DNA of 64,000 nt. Origin: Phoronis australis (lineage: Eukaryota > Animalia > Phoronida). The position numbers and the translations under genes are program-made. The notes under the pieces are model-generated. The model searched no databases and had not been told where the DNA came from. It saw nothing but the letters and a program-made list of their open reading frames with translations. Positions within the stretch are counted from its first letter, which is position 1, and each line of letters starts with the position of its first letter. The stretch lies in NCBI GenBank assembly GCA_002633005.1, contig NMRA01000043.1:899588-963587 (forward strand), in the 5' to 3' direction. Shown here one piece after another: positions 1 through 12,486 of this stretch.

Positions 1-971
1 GCCACAGTAGTCCAAATCGTCTGAAAATCATTGTCAGCTGTCCTCTTTATGGTAAGCACATACATGCCAATTTTCACAATCATCCTTTGAGCGGTTTGGT
101 TGATAGAGGAGTGGACGCAAAAATACAGACTCGAAAACAGAAAAAATGGCCACTAGATGGCGCAAACTATGTCCAATCCATCTGAAAACGGGAGGATAGC
201 GTCACCTCACTAATAGGTGCCTACATACCAATGTCATGAAAATCCGTTCAGGACTTATGAAGATACAAAGGTAAGCGTAAAATCTAAAATTGCCACTAGG
301 GGACACACCGGTAGTCGGATCCGTCCACAAGTCATCATCTTCTGTTGTTAACATCATATAAATATACTTACACAATTTCGTAAAGATCCTGCGAACGGTT
401 TAGGAGATACAGCCATAGGCGCAAAATAAATAAAACCACCACTAGGAGGTGCCACAGTAGTCCAAATCGTCTGAAAATCATTGTCAGCTGTCCTCTTTAT
501 GGTAAGCACATACATGCCAATTTTCACAATCATCCTTTGAGCGGTTTGGTTGATAGAGGAGTGGACGCAAAAATACAGACTCGAAAACAGAAAAAATGGC
601 CACTAGATGGCGCAAACTATGTCCAATCCATCTGAAAACGGGAGGATAGCGTCACCTCACTAATAGGTGCCTACATACCAATTTCATGAAAATCCATTCA
701 GGACTTTTGAAGATACAAAGGTAAGCATAAAAAACTAAAATTGCCACTAGGGGGCACACCGGTAGTCGGATCCGTCCGAAAGTTCGCACATGCCGTCCCA
801 TTCATGAATGGAACATATGTGCCAAATTTCATGAACGTATGTCAAAGGGTTTTGGAGATAAAGCAGCAGACGCCGGACGGACGCCGCCCGGACGGACGGA
901 CGGACGGCCGGACAGACGGATGGAGATGACGGCATAATGCGTCCACATATAAATATGTGGGCGCATAAAAA
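1..971 (+). mobile_element. Helentron/HINE-like non-autonomous element (family A), truncated by the window edge
   Basis: Tandem ~150-bp monomers in a 450-bp trimer (position 1 repeats at 451), then an (ACGG)n microsatellite at ~875-920 and a terminal hairpin ATGCGTCCACATAT-AA-ATATGTGGGCGCAT at 937-966. The superfamily is inferred from this architecture. Confidence 0.65.
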
Positions 972-1134
972 TCACACCATGATACGTGTACCACATATCC
1001 ATGCTTGTTCTTCTAAGAACGTGACAATGGCCGGAGATGTAAATAGTCAAAAGGTGGGTGTAAATAGACCAAGAGATTTTAGTAATAGTTGAAAGTAGAG
1101 GAGCTACAGACCTGACTCAAGGGTCTAGTAGTGT

Positions 1135-1206
1135 GCACCAAGGGGACTCGAACCCACGACCTTGAGTAAAGGAAACGGATTCTTATCCCAACTAGGCCAC
1201 ACTGCC
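1135..1206 (-). mobile_element. Degenerate tRNA-derived SINE head or tRNA pseudogene
   Basis: Minus strand has A-box-like TGGCCTAGTTGG and B-box GGTTCGAGTCC, but the anticodon arm is disrupted. Confidence 0.55.
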
Positions 1207-2312
1207 TCTTCTTTTGAGATATTAAGTGAACACCTGGATGATTAGAGAGGATTGTGTATTAAGTCCATGTTGACCATACAGGAACTGTGACCAGTCCTGT
1301 GTGAACAAACATAAAACTATGACAAAGCAAAAATTTTAACCAAGTAATAAATGAAATAAGATAACACTCTATAGCAAAAAGACTGCCTCTTCAAATCAAA
1401 AGTGTGTAACTTCTTTAGTACACAATAAATAATTTCAGGACACAAAGTAATTAATGTAAAGTAACTTTAAAGCACTGAAATGCAGCTTACCAAAATGATC
1501 AGCAAATACATGTCTACCATCATCAATGGCCAATCTTCTGAATACCAAAGGATTTTTCACTTTTCAGGTTTCCCAAAACCATGCACAAAAACCAGAGAAC
1601 TTTTGCTTTCGATCAATTTTGAACTAAGATCATGGGAAACATATACCAAAGGGGATTTGGTGAGATACTTTCTCTTCAAAATCAATCAAGCTTGCTAATG
1701 AATTACGCGGTCTCATTCATAACAAAATATGAAAGCACTGAGGCTCAAGCAATAATTCCACACCATGTGTCTGATCAGATATCAAATTAATCTTGCTGAG
1801 GATACTTAAAATGAATCATTTTATTATAGTGACCCTAATTAAAATGCTGTCTTCCTCTTGAAATAGCAACTGTCAATTCATAAATGTTTATATTTTCTGA
1901 AACTAAGAATCTAGACAAATCTAATCATGTCATTCACAACATTGTATCATTCTCGTTGTCACATTACCATGCTTTTATGACAAAACGTACCACTTTTGAA
2001 AGGAACATTGATACAGAAAAGCCAGCATTCACCAAATGTTATGCATCAATGCTCAAAAACCATGTCTGGGATTTCCCAAAGTTCCAATATTTTTATTAAT
2101 CATGGTATTTTTGTGAAATAAGGGTATATGGAACGTTAAATAATTTACCTTTACCATATTTTAAACACCCAATGCAGTTAACAATCAATTAGATAACACT
2201 GCCTATGTTTCGGAGAAGCACTGTATACAAAAACCAGAAATGTTATTGAACAGATTAAATATAAAGTATAACCTTATCAACATCGGATAAACTTATTAAG
2301 TTGACGGACAAG

Positions 2313-2470
2313 CTGTTAGCCTCACTATGTAGTGTTCTGACCCCACACACACTGTTAGCCTCACTATGTAGTGTTCTGACCCCACACACACTGTTAGCCT
2401 CACTATGTAGTGTTCTGACCCCACACACACTGTTAGCCTCACTATGTAGTGTTCTGACCCCACACACACA
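2313..2470. repeat. 39-bp minisatellite, 4 copies
   Basis: CTGTTAGCCTCACTATGTAGTGTTCTGACCCCACACACA repeated perfectly. Confidence 0.95.
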
Positions 2471-2484
2471 TTCTCACATCCTTC

Positions 2485-3006
2485 TGCATTTTCCACCCAG
2501 CCTTGCCCTGTTCCCAAGCAGCCCCTCATAAATTGACACATCTCCCTGCAAGCTTTGCCCTGTTCTCAGGCAGACCCCTTATAGGCCCACACATCTCCCT
2601 GCCAGCCCTGCCCTGTTCCAAGGCAGACCCCTCATAGACTCGCACACCTCCTGCCAGCCTTGCCCTGTTCCAAGGCAGACCCCTCATACAGCCATGCATG
2701 TTCCATCCTCACCGAGTTCCAATTTAGATTATTACAGCCCCATGGAGCCCCGTCATCTTTGACATATTCTAACACAGGCTCCTCACAAACCGTTCATCTC
2801 CCGGCCAACTTGACCCTGTTCCAACACAGATCCTTACAGACCCATGAATCTCCCTGCCAGTCTCAACTTGTTCCATCACAGACTCCAGCATCTCCCAGCT
2901 AGCCTTTCCTTAAAGCCCACACATCTCCCAGTCAGTCTCGTCCCCCTCCCACACAGACCCCTCCCAGACTCATGCATTTCTAAGCCAACCTTACCCTGAT
3001 CCAGGG
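2485..3006. repeat. Degenerate ~52-bp tandem repeat overlapping the exon G donor
   Basis: Core CCTTGCCCTGTTCCAAGG recurs at ~2501, 2553, 2606, 2658 and 2809, and as CCTTACCCTGATCCAGGG at 2989. Confidence 0.75.
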
Positions 3007-3117
3007 GTGGTCGAGGGCCTCTTCCACAGTGCATCGTTTGTGAGGGTCCAGCTCCAACAGACGCAGCACCAGTTCCTTGCCACTCTCAGAAATATTTTGC
3101 CACACCTTGTCCTTCAT
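2995..3117 (-). CDS. CASK: CASK coding exon G (MKDKVWQNISESGKELVLRLLELDPHKRCTVEEALDHPWIR)
   Basis: 123 bp, ttttAG acceptor, AGG|GTAAGG donor. Kinase subdomain XI ending in HPW. Confidence 0.94.
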
Positions 3118-4112
3118 CTAAAATCAGCACCACACATTTGACTCACTATCAGCCAGTAACCATAGCATGATATGGAAATGAGAAAGGACAGTTTTGAAGT
3201 TTGTAAAATGACACCATTTGCCAAATGTAAACAAGACCCACATCCAAATTCAACTCTCCTCTATTGAAAAGGTACAAAAATGCATTATATGATAGATCTG
3301 GTTTTCAAAGGTAGGGCCACTACAATACTTCTGAGCTGAGTCGGAAGACAAGTGAAAAACGATTTATGACAGGTAACTCAGTTTTTCAATTTTCAAGTCA
3401 GCATTCCAACAGACTATGCAACAGCAACACATTGATGTCTATTAAGATGACAAATAACAAACCAAGTTGATGTAAAATAGAGATCAGCATGGCATAATTG
3501 GCAAATATCACACTTCTTCATTTGACCTAAGTCTGGCAAAATTTAATGAAATCACAGGCCTATAACCACATAAATGGAGAAAACAAATAACACACAGACA
3601 CACAAATTGTCAGGTCGTTCAACAACGTCAAACATCAGGTATGTCAACAATAAAGTCACAGTGTGCAGATGGCATCTGTGCAGTGGTTTAAAATAGTGGC
3701 CAAAATCAGTTCAACTTTTGTCTTATTCCCTTCTGACCCATTGTCAACTATCTTTGAATCAACTAGTAATCAGTCTGCACAGTTATAATCAACTTATAGA
3801 CACTTGTCAATCTCCAGTTAATAATTTTTCTACAAACAGTCCATTAAAAGTTCCAAACACAAGGAAGTGAGCAGAGCAGTTATCCAACTTTACCCGCTAG
3901 GTGTCACTGTAACATCAAGATAACACTTTTAAAGGATACTTCCCCAGTTTCGTCACGATACAAGATGGCTGGCATGACTACAGCAAAATCTCTCCAAATT
4001 CGGACAAAAATGAGGGCTAAAATTAACACTTTTTTAATGTTGTGACTAAGATTGTCTGATGGTGGCTACATGAAAGCTGGATAACTATAAAGCATTACAT
4101 TAGCGCTAATCA

Positions 4113-4355
4113 CTGATAACTCTTATGCCATGCAGCCCTGAATCTTTATTACTGCAGTACAATAGGTGGAATTGATTGACTTACACTCATGTTCTGATAA
4201 CTCTTATGCCATGCAGCCCTGAATCTTTATTACTGCAGTACAATAAGTGGAATTGATTGACTTACCCTCATGTTCTAATAACTCTTATGCCATGCAACCC
4301 TGAATCTTTATTACTGCAGTACAATAAGTGGAATTGATTGACTTACCCTCATGTT
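4113..4355. repeat. 81-bp tandem triplication containing the exon F donor
   Basis: ACTTAC at 4179, 4260 and 4341 (81-bp spacing) within near-identical units. Confidence 0.95.
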
Positions 4356-4522
4356 ACCCTTAGTTATGTTGTCAAACAGTCTTTCTTTAGTTCCCAAAAA
4401 GGGCATGGAGCCACTGAGCAGCATGAATAATAGGACCCCACAGCCCCACATGTCTGTGGGTTTACCATAGGGCTGGCGTTCTATCACTTCAGGAGACATG
4501 AAGCTTGGCGTACCCACACGGC
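4347..4522 (-). CDS. CASK: CASK coding exon F ([59 protein letters not shown])
   Basis: 176 bp, ttcttcAG acceptor, AGG|GTAAGT donor. Kinase subdomains VIII-X. Confidence 0.96.
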
Positions 4523-6169
4523 CTGAAGAAAGGAAGAGAAGTTTACGTGATACATCGAGAACAAGACAGAATCATGTTTCATTCTATGTCAACTATAGTC
4601 TGTTGGTTGCTCTGGGGTTAAGCTCGTTTCCAAGACGATTCCTTGTGTGGTGGGACATTAGTGTAATTAGAAACTGAGTGTTGGTAAGAGGGATAGCAAG
4701 TTAGTTTATACTGAAAATGTCAACTAATAGCTATTTACCATTTGAAAAAGTTAAGAAAACTGGTATCTTTTTTAATTAGTAACCTTTACGGTATCGTTGG
4801 TTGTAGATTTTCCAAAATACAATTAAATAGCAGACCAACGCTGGCTAGTTGAGAAGTCAAAAAACATTGAAAAAACAGCACCACATAACTGAAGCTAAAA
4901 ATAGCATGTCATCCATAAGCAAATAAAATACACCAAATACAAAATGAAATTGACTCAATACGAATTGAATTCACCGATTTGAAATAAATTCAAACTATTG
5001 CAGGTGGGGGAAACAAAACACTGACATCACATCACACTTCAGATTGTTATTCTTCTGCCACTAGATAGCAGCACCTGCTATAGTTATTTCATCCACCACC
5101 GGTGTGAAATACTATTAGTTTGGGATGAAGCTGGCTACTAGCAAATGATTTTTGTTTAATTCCACAATTGTAAAGGTGGCTCTGTGCAGCTGCATTCTCT
5201 CACAAGCTAAACGAAGGAGCTGGTTTCAAACATTTTTTGCTAATATATTCGAAAAAAATTTGCAGAGAAATACCGGAGAGATGTTGGCAGTAGCAGAAAG
5301 AAATCTTACTAATTAGGGAAAAGCTTGTTAGTAAACAGTGTAATTAAGCCTGCATGTGATAGTTAAGTTGCACTCGCTTCTATAGATATATTATTGCAAA
5401 GGCTATCTTTGCACATCGTTTTAATGACTTCAGAAGCTCCATAAGTGGCCCCAGTCACCACACCAAACAGATTAGTTCAAGTCAAACTTAAGTCAAAACT
5501 AAAAAGCATGCATATTAGACATCAAAAAGTAAACAGGTGAAGAACTGCAGCCTCGACTCTACAACACATGGTGCAGATTGAAGCCTTACCGACCAGCTCC
5601 GGGCTGGCATACTGCCAAATTTGGGTCCCCAAATTGATGGGGTCATCTGAAATAGGAGTGTGCATGTGTTGTCATGGTGACAGCACTCATCACCCTGACT
5701 GTGGATTCCAAAAAGGCAAAGCAAAACAAATGTTGGCAAGAAGCAGTGATAATCTAGCTACTCCATGTTGAAGTTAAATGAGCAAACTTCCAGTTCTATC
5801 TAATCTAGACTTTGATGCGCATGCATGGTGGATAAACGTCCTTTAGAAATACGAGGGAGCAGAGTCACAACTGTTTGGTTCTGCTTTGGGTGTTTTGCTT
5901 TGCACAATTAGACCACAGCATCTTAACCACAGCAAAGCAGTGTTGATATGTACCCAAGAGTGCACCACAAACAACACGTTTGTAGGGGTTCTCATCAACT
6001 TTGTATAAGGTACAAGGAGACGACAAATTGACCACAAAGGGTAGCAACAATAGTCAGAATTGACAAAAAATGGTACCTCACCTTTTAACACTAAGAACAA
6101 ATGGAAAAGATGAACAACTGTCAACATTTGCAACACAGAAATAAAACATGTCAATAGGCATCCAAAAAT

Positions 6170-7060
6170 TGACAAGTGTAGTCAACTTCTATTCAGAGGC
6201 AACAGCACCTGCTGATTTTTGGGTACATTTGACTTACTGTAGCATAGCTGACACATACTTACCTCTGTGTCAAGTTTCAATGTAATCATATAATCTAGAT
6301 ATGCTCCGGAAATGCTCTTCCTCCAAAATAACTGAACAATCCCATAGTCAAAACTGAAATGGCCATTAGGGTGCACTGCAGTGGTCGGCTTAACTTTCAA
6401 ATTGTTGTCACATACCTCTGTGTCAAGTTCCATAAAATCTGTCAATCAGTTCTGTAGAAATCACCCTCTCCTCCAAATAAATACTGAAAAGCCTCATAGT
6501 CTGATCCCAGGGGAGGGGCATGTACTGCTCTAGTGATGTCCTACACACTAGTACATAATTTCATCATTTCCTTGGGAGCAGAGCACATTGAAAATTGTCA
6601 TGCACCTCAACACTGATGCGTTACAGGCTTGTGCTGATTTCCATCAAAATACAACCAAGGTTTTTCTGAATATTGAGTAAACAACTAAACAAAAAAAAAT
6701 TAGAAAAAAAGGCCACTAGGGTGGGCTGTAGTTGTCAAATCAGCCCAAAATTTGACTGGTGTTGGCACATTGCTCTCATCCACATCTGTCTAAATTTCAC
6801 TGAAATCTGTCAAACAATTCTCTAGACGTCATTCGGAAATGCTTTTCAAAGTACCTGAGATGCCCTGCCCCTCTGACCACTGGGGGTCAGGCACAATGAA
6901 AAGTGGTATGGGCATCCCAGTGATGCCTCACAACCTTGTACCAAATTTCATCAAGATCTGACAGGGGATTTTTGAAATGTCAAGAGCACAACCAGACAAC
7001 AGGACAACTGGACAGTAGGACGACAACATGCCACCACGTATACGTGGGTGCCTAAAAATG
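6170..7060 (+). mobile_element. Older family-A-related HINE-like element
   Basis: Degenerate monomers with AAATTTCA.. motifs, GGCCACTAGGGG at 6711, GACA-rich tract and terminal hairpin CCACGTATACGTGG. Boundaries approximate. Confidence 0.45.
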
Positions 7061-7986
7061 CAATTCACAAATACATTATGGCCGACACTCAAGTAAGAGT
7101 ATAATGTTGGACGTGCCCTTGATCAAGACCTCAACAGATATATAAGCCATACAATCAGTGAAAATAAGTCGCCAGGTTAATTTCCTCTTTCTGAAATCAT
7201 GATCCGTTCTTACACAACACAGACATCATTCATGGGCTGATGTGTAAAGTTAGAATGTTTTGATGATGTGTGATTTGCACATTAAGTAGTTTGTGTGGAT
7301 GAAGAATAATATGCATCATACACTTTCAATAGTTTCTCAATGTTCATAATTTCATACCAATAATATATCACTTACAGCAACAGACAGATGGAAAACAGAA
7401 GACATAGATTTGCCTCAGGAATCTAACCGTGACAAGACAATTCTAACAATGAACTTATTGGGCGACAATAAAATTACCTCACTGGCCAGACAAACTGTGG
7501 CAACAATATGAGGCACAGGAATTGACCTATGGGAGTTTACAGTTTTCTAGGGGTGCCTCGAGTGTACTCATGGAAACTTTTTGTACATTGTCACTGAAAA
7601 ACTCCCCAATTCTTTTTCAATTACCATGTCAATGAACTTTTCGCTTTGGCTTTCTTCCACTGCAGACTTTTACTAAACTGATCAAAAACCTGTACCCAGT
7701 TACAAACTTTTTTAACTATTTTATTTTAAAATTCTTCAACAATTTCAGACAGCTTCCCGTTTTATGTGATGTATAAATTAGTTTTAGCAAACCCAGTTTG
7801 TAACTTTTTCTGAAAACTGCAGACTGTCTCTTAATGTAATGTCGAGTGTGTTGACAAGAATAATTTTGTATACAGAGGATTTCAAATAAATCTGTTCGCA
7901 CCTAACTCTCATTACTGCCCTAATATCACTCCACTTTTGAAAACAAGACTTCTCATATATTTGTTCCCGTCAATCCCCCTCCTCAC

Positions 7987-8162
7987 CTCCTGATATTGTT
8001 CCTGACTCTGGCAGCTCAATGGCCACTCCAAAGCCTCCCAGCTTGATGGGGGCGGAATTCTCCTTGGATGCCAACAGGGCGCAGTGCGGTTTTATGTCAC
8101 GGTGAATGATATTATTCTCATGACAGTAGCGCAAGGCCTCCAGGATCTGCCGCATATAATGG
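7987..8162 (-). CDS. CASK: CASK coding exon E ([58 protein letters not shown])
   Basis: 176 bp, tttcAG acceptor, G|GTGAGG donor. Has the CASK-diagnostic HRDxKPHC and GFG (in place of DFG) motifs. Confidence 0.97.
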
Positions 8163-8293
8163 CTGAAACAATAACGAAAATTTACGCCACATGTAGCGAT
8201 AAATTCATGGAAAAGTTTTTCAACTTTGGAATAAAAAGTTGAAAGAAAGTTTGGAGATGTAAACACAGTCTATCGTATTACTGAGAAAAACTA

Positions 8294-9266
8294 CTGTATT
8301 CGCCCTAATAAGCGCCCAGGGCGCTTAGAAAAATTCGCTTCAGGAAGAGGGGTGCTTATAATAGCCCAAAAGTTGTTGAAACCCAGTCTCCGAAATACGT
8401 GAAATCGTAAGCTAGAATTCATCAAATTTACGCTCTGTGACGCATCAGTAACCTATGACAGAGTTTCTACAAAATAGTAGTGCATTGCTATCAAACCTTG
8501 TTGTTAAATTACGAGCATTTTTCAGAAAATCCCAGTGCGAAAATACGCCGACTGATGCGTCGCTGCCTCACGATTGCCGATAGGTTAACTTGAATTCTTG
8601 AGCAATAGTTTTGACTCAACGAATTACCTGAAGTCCTTCTCAAGTTTTCAAAATAGGATTAAATGTAAATCTCCGTTAGATCGCACTCCACAACACGAGA
8701 AAAATCTCTGGATGAACAAACATGTTGTTGTCACGTGATGTTTGTTTTGAAGTTCATCTGCGTATTGTGTGAGAGAGCGAGCACGTGCATGTCATCAGGT
8801 TTCATTTGAAACGATAAACACCAATTACGACTAATTTAATAATTCCACTTAAAAATAACGCAAACGTTTTTTATGGTATTAGAAACTTATGGAAATAAGT
8901 GTACTGTTTATTTCTTGCCAATGCTATGCTACCCGTTTTATGAATAGGTAGTTCCCAAAGACTAATCTTTGATGACAAATTCAAGAATGTAGCGAGCGCT
9001 TCCTAGCCACGTGCTTTTAACTGAACAAAGGTCAAGTTTTTATTAGTCTTCGATTCGCGGTTTTCACGTGTACAAAGAGATTTGGATTCCTGGACTGTCG
9101 GATCTTATTGATGAATTGAAGACATTACTGTAGAATTTTAAAATTGTAGGTAAGGCATTTTTCACATGTGCACGGCATTTATGGACTGAGTGCTTATTTT
9201 AGAAAGGTCTGAAAACGCGTGGGGGGCGCTCATAGGGGGCATGGGCGCTTGTTAGGGTGAATACGG
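8294..9266 (+). mobile_element. Tc1/mariner-pogo-like non-autonomous DNA transposon (family H), copy 1
   Basis: TIRs CTGTATTCGCCCTAATAAGCGCCC / GGGCGCTTGTTAGGGTGAATACGG, TA on both flanks. Homologous to 18689-19974 and 45869-47314. Confidence 0.85.
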
Positions 9267-10035
9267 TAACAATGCTAATAATCATTTGCTTCCAGACCAC
9301 ATTACAACTTTTTCAAGATGGTGTTACACGCAGGTTCAAAAGAATACTGTACCATGAACATTAATTTAAGCTCAATGAAAAACACCCACAACGCCATCTG
9401 TCAGCAAGCGACCATTTCATCCTCTTCTAATCAGAAGAGTTTCAACTGTGTTATGTCACAACAACTCGCAAACATATCAATGAATTACAAGTGACTACTA
9501 CTCACTTTCAAGACACAGTAAAAAACTTTCATTGCTAATAAGCTCAAGTCAAAATTGCAAACTTTAAACCGAAATAAGACTAGTTAGCAGCAGAGAAACT
9601 TCCCACAGCAGCAATCAGTGAACTTCATTCGGTACATGGTTTGATCATATGTAATTTGGGACACTCGCAGTATTAAAAAAACAACCCTTACCAAGAGTTT
9701 CAGCCATAGTAATGACATCAAATTGTTTACAAAAGAATGGAGCATTGCAGTCCTACCAGAACATCAAATTACTTTATTTTATAAGTGTTCACCATAGTCC
9801 CTCTATTGGAATGAAGTTCTTAGTACACAGTCAATGATTTACATACCTACGTATTTAACATTTTCAGCCTTCACTGTGAGGTCTTTCTCAAACTAACGAT
9901 GTATATTAAGAACTTCATTCCAATTATGATATATTCAGTCAAATGAACCTGTTTCACCAGTCCCTGTATAGTCAAGTCTCAGTCAATAGAGGTCTCCACA
10001 GTACACTTTCCCCACTCACTTCCTTTACAGTTTTA

Positions 10036-10131
<96 letters not shown>

Positions 10132-10409
10132 CTAGTGTCACGCGATTCATAATATGTAAATTGAGCCAGTTTTTAATCACATCTTGTGCAAAACTAACGG
10201 CACAGCAATAATGCAAAATACAGGCACAAAATTGTTACCTCTTACAAAGGCAATTTCCATAAAACATTTAGCGCTTAAATTGGTGAACCTGAAAATTAAG
10301 GATGGGCTTTTAAGCAGAAATGGGTGCTTACATCAGGGGGAGGCCTGTTAGCAGAAAATCCCAGTAGCACCATATAGAATGTAACGTAACAGAATTGTGA
10401 ATGACTTAC

Positions 10410-10515
10410 TATTCAAACACCATGTACAACATGCCCTCTGAGCTGTACGTCTCCAGTAGTTCCACAATGTTCTGCTGCTTCAGCATGTGACATATTCCTG
10501 CTTCTCGTTTCAAAT
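10410..10515 (-). CDS. CASK: CASK coding exon C ([36 protein letters not shown])
   Basis: 106 bp, ttttctgtAG acceptor, TA|GTAAGT donor. Not in the ORF track; found by manual translation. Confidence 0.95.
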
Positions 10516-11172
10516 CTACAGAAAAAAGTTTCAGATCTGTGTCCACCGTAGAGATCAGTGTCTATACTGTCTGTTTATTACATCTGATATCCCTGTGGAA
10601 TTTCATAACATTTGGGTTAATGAATATAAACGTTTTGTCATTGGGAAGGTTAAGGCTCAAATTTCTGAAATCATGACTAAACAAAGTGTTTCATACATTG
10701 GATTCAATTTCAGAATATACGGTAAACGTTCTCCAGTTTGGACTGAAAAATTAATTATTTTGCTTAATGGTGAAGCTGGTACCAAATTTTAGAAACAGGC
10801 AATACTGGCCATCCAGAATTCAAGAAATATAATGAACAACAAACGATCATTCACCTAGATCTTACACACTATGGGGACTCATGAAAATGTTGCCTCAACA
10901 ACTGTTTACAACAATTTTATCAATTGTCAAGTCTGTTTTCAGACTATACTGATACAAAACACAGTGTCCGATGATTTGAGAAATTTTAACAAATAATAAA
11001 ATCACCCAGGTCCCAATCTGCGAAATCAAGAAAATTTAAATTTGCCTTGAATTTCTGTCTCAAAGTTTAGAGACCGTCACAAATTAGAGAATTTTAACCG
11101 TAAGTCATACAATCCTGAAAGCACGGTAAATAGTGATTAAATCTTGGGTTAGATTGCTGCCATGACTTTAGA

Positions 11173-11672
11173 GGCCCTTTCATACTGACTTAACTCCAGT
11201 CAGAGCGGAGCGTCGGCGTAAACTGAGCAGTTAACTGAACTGTCATACTGGATTCGGTAGTTAACGGACATTGAAGTAAACGGTAGTTGACGCTGTTGTC
11301 ATCGAAGTAATCGCAAGGTAACGCTGTACGTTAAGATTTTTTTAATGCGACAATTTAGGAACATTTACATGTGCTAATTGACATGAAACTTATTTTTAAT
11401 TTGATTGGTGATTATTCGAGCAAAATATAAGCACCTATTAGCGACGACAATGCCCTGTAATTGACAATAACGATGGCACATGGCGATAACTTTGATGGAA
11501 CTGAAGTTGACCGTTCACACTGTACCGCAACGTCGATGCTTCACTGTTAAATCCACCTCTTTAGCGCGAAGTTAACTGGCGCTGTTAACTTCCATCAAGG
11601 ACCAAAGTTAACCGTTAATACTGACTGCAACTCCCCAAAACATCGATCCGTCGACGTCAGTATGAAAGGGCC
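11173..11672. mobile_element. MITE, PIF/Harbinger-like
   Basis: Perfect TIRs GGCCCTTTCATACTGAC / GTCAGTATGAAAGGGCC, 500 bp. TSD imperfect. Confidence 0.8.
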
Positions 11673-12194
11673 TTAACACACTGTTCTGTTGACACGATGC
11701 CATTATTGTTTGCCACCAATTGTTTAAAACCATTATTAATTGTATTCCTTCTGCAGAACTCAAAGGCAGCCAGGTATGACCTCTCTAATATTCAAACAAA
11801 TCGTTGGCAATCTTCATCACTGCGTAAATTGTGTAATGATGATTTGCTCTCGTCAACCTTTGGGTGTCGTTGAACTCATATAAGAACCTTCTCTTCTTAG
11901 ATATAATTAGAACCACCATACTAATAACAGACATGAAGAGCTAATGTGAACAGGTTCAGTCATTATGGTCCAACCAGAAAGTACAGCATTGAGTCAAGTT
12001 AGTGTTATGTAACCAGGATGTAAGAGAGTAATTAGTAAGGAGAAAATTGGTAGGAGAAGCAAAAAGGGATTGATTGGTGCATGATAGAACACATGTTTCA
12101 CACGAGAATACAATTTGAACATGAATTAAAAGTACGGAATACATTTTTTAGTGCAACATAGCATGAATTTCAGTAGTTAGTGAGCAAACAAGAA

Positions 12195-12486
12195 ACTTCA
12201 AATAAAGATTAGAGTAAAAGGGTCTTTACATTACAACACAATATAGCAATATACTTCAAATAAAGATTAGAGTAAAAGGGTCTTTACATTACAATACAAT
12301 ATGGCAATATACTTCAAATAAAGATTAGAGTAAAAGGGTCTTTACATTACAACACAATATGGCAATATACTTCAAATAAAGATTAGAGTAAAAGGGTCTT
12401 TACATTACAATACAATATGGCAATATACTTCAAATAAAGATTAGAGTAAAAGGGTCTTTACATTACAACACAATATGGCAATATAA
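12195..12486. repeat. 59-bp minisatellite, 5 copies
   Basis: ACTTCAAATAAAGATTAGAGTAAAAGGGTCTTTACATTACAAYACAATATRGCAATAT repeated. Confidence 0.95.

Noticed and set aside
2255-2541. Repetitive ORFs / CRISPR-like periodicity
   Set aside because: Head-to-tail 39-bp units with no unique spacers, in a eukaryotic intron with no cas genes. The same applies to the arrays at 12195, 33256, 45160 and 58345.
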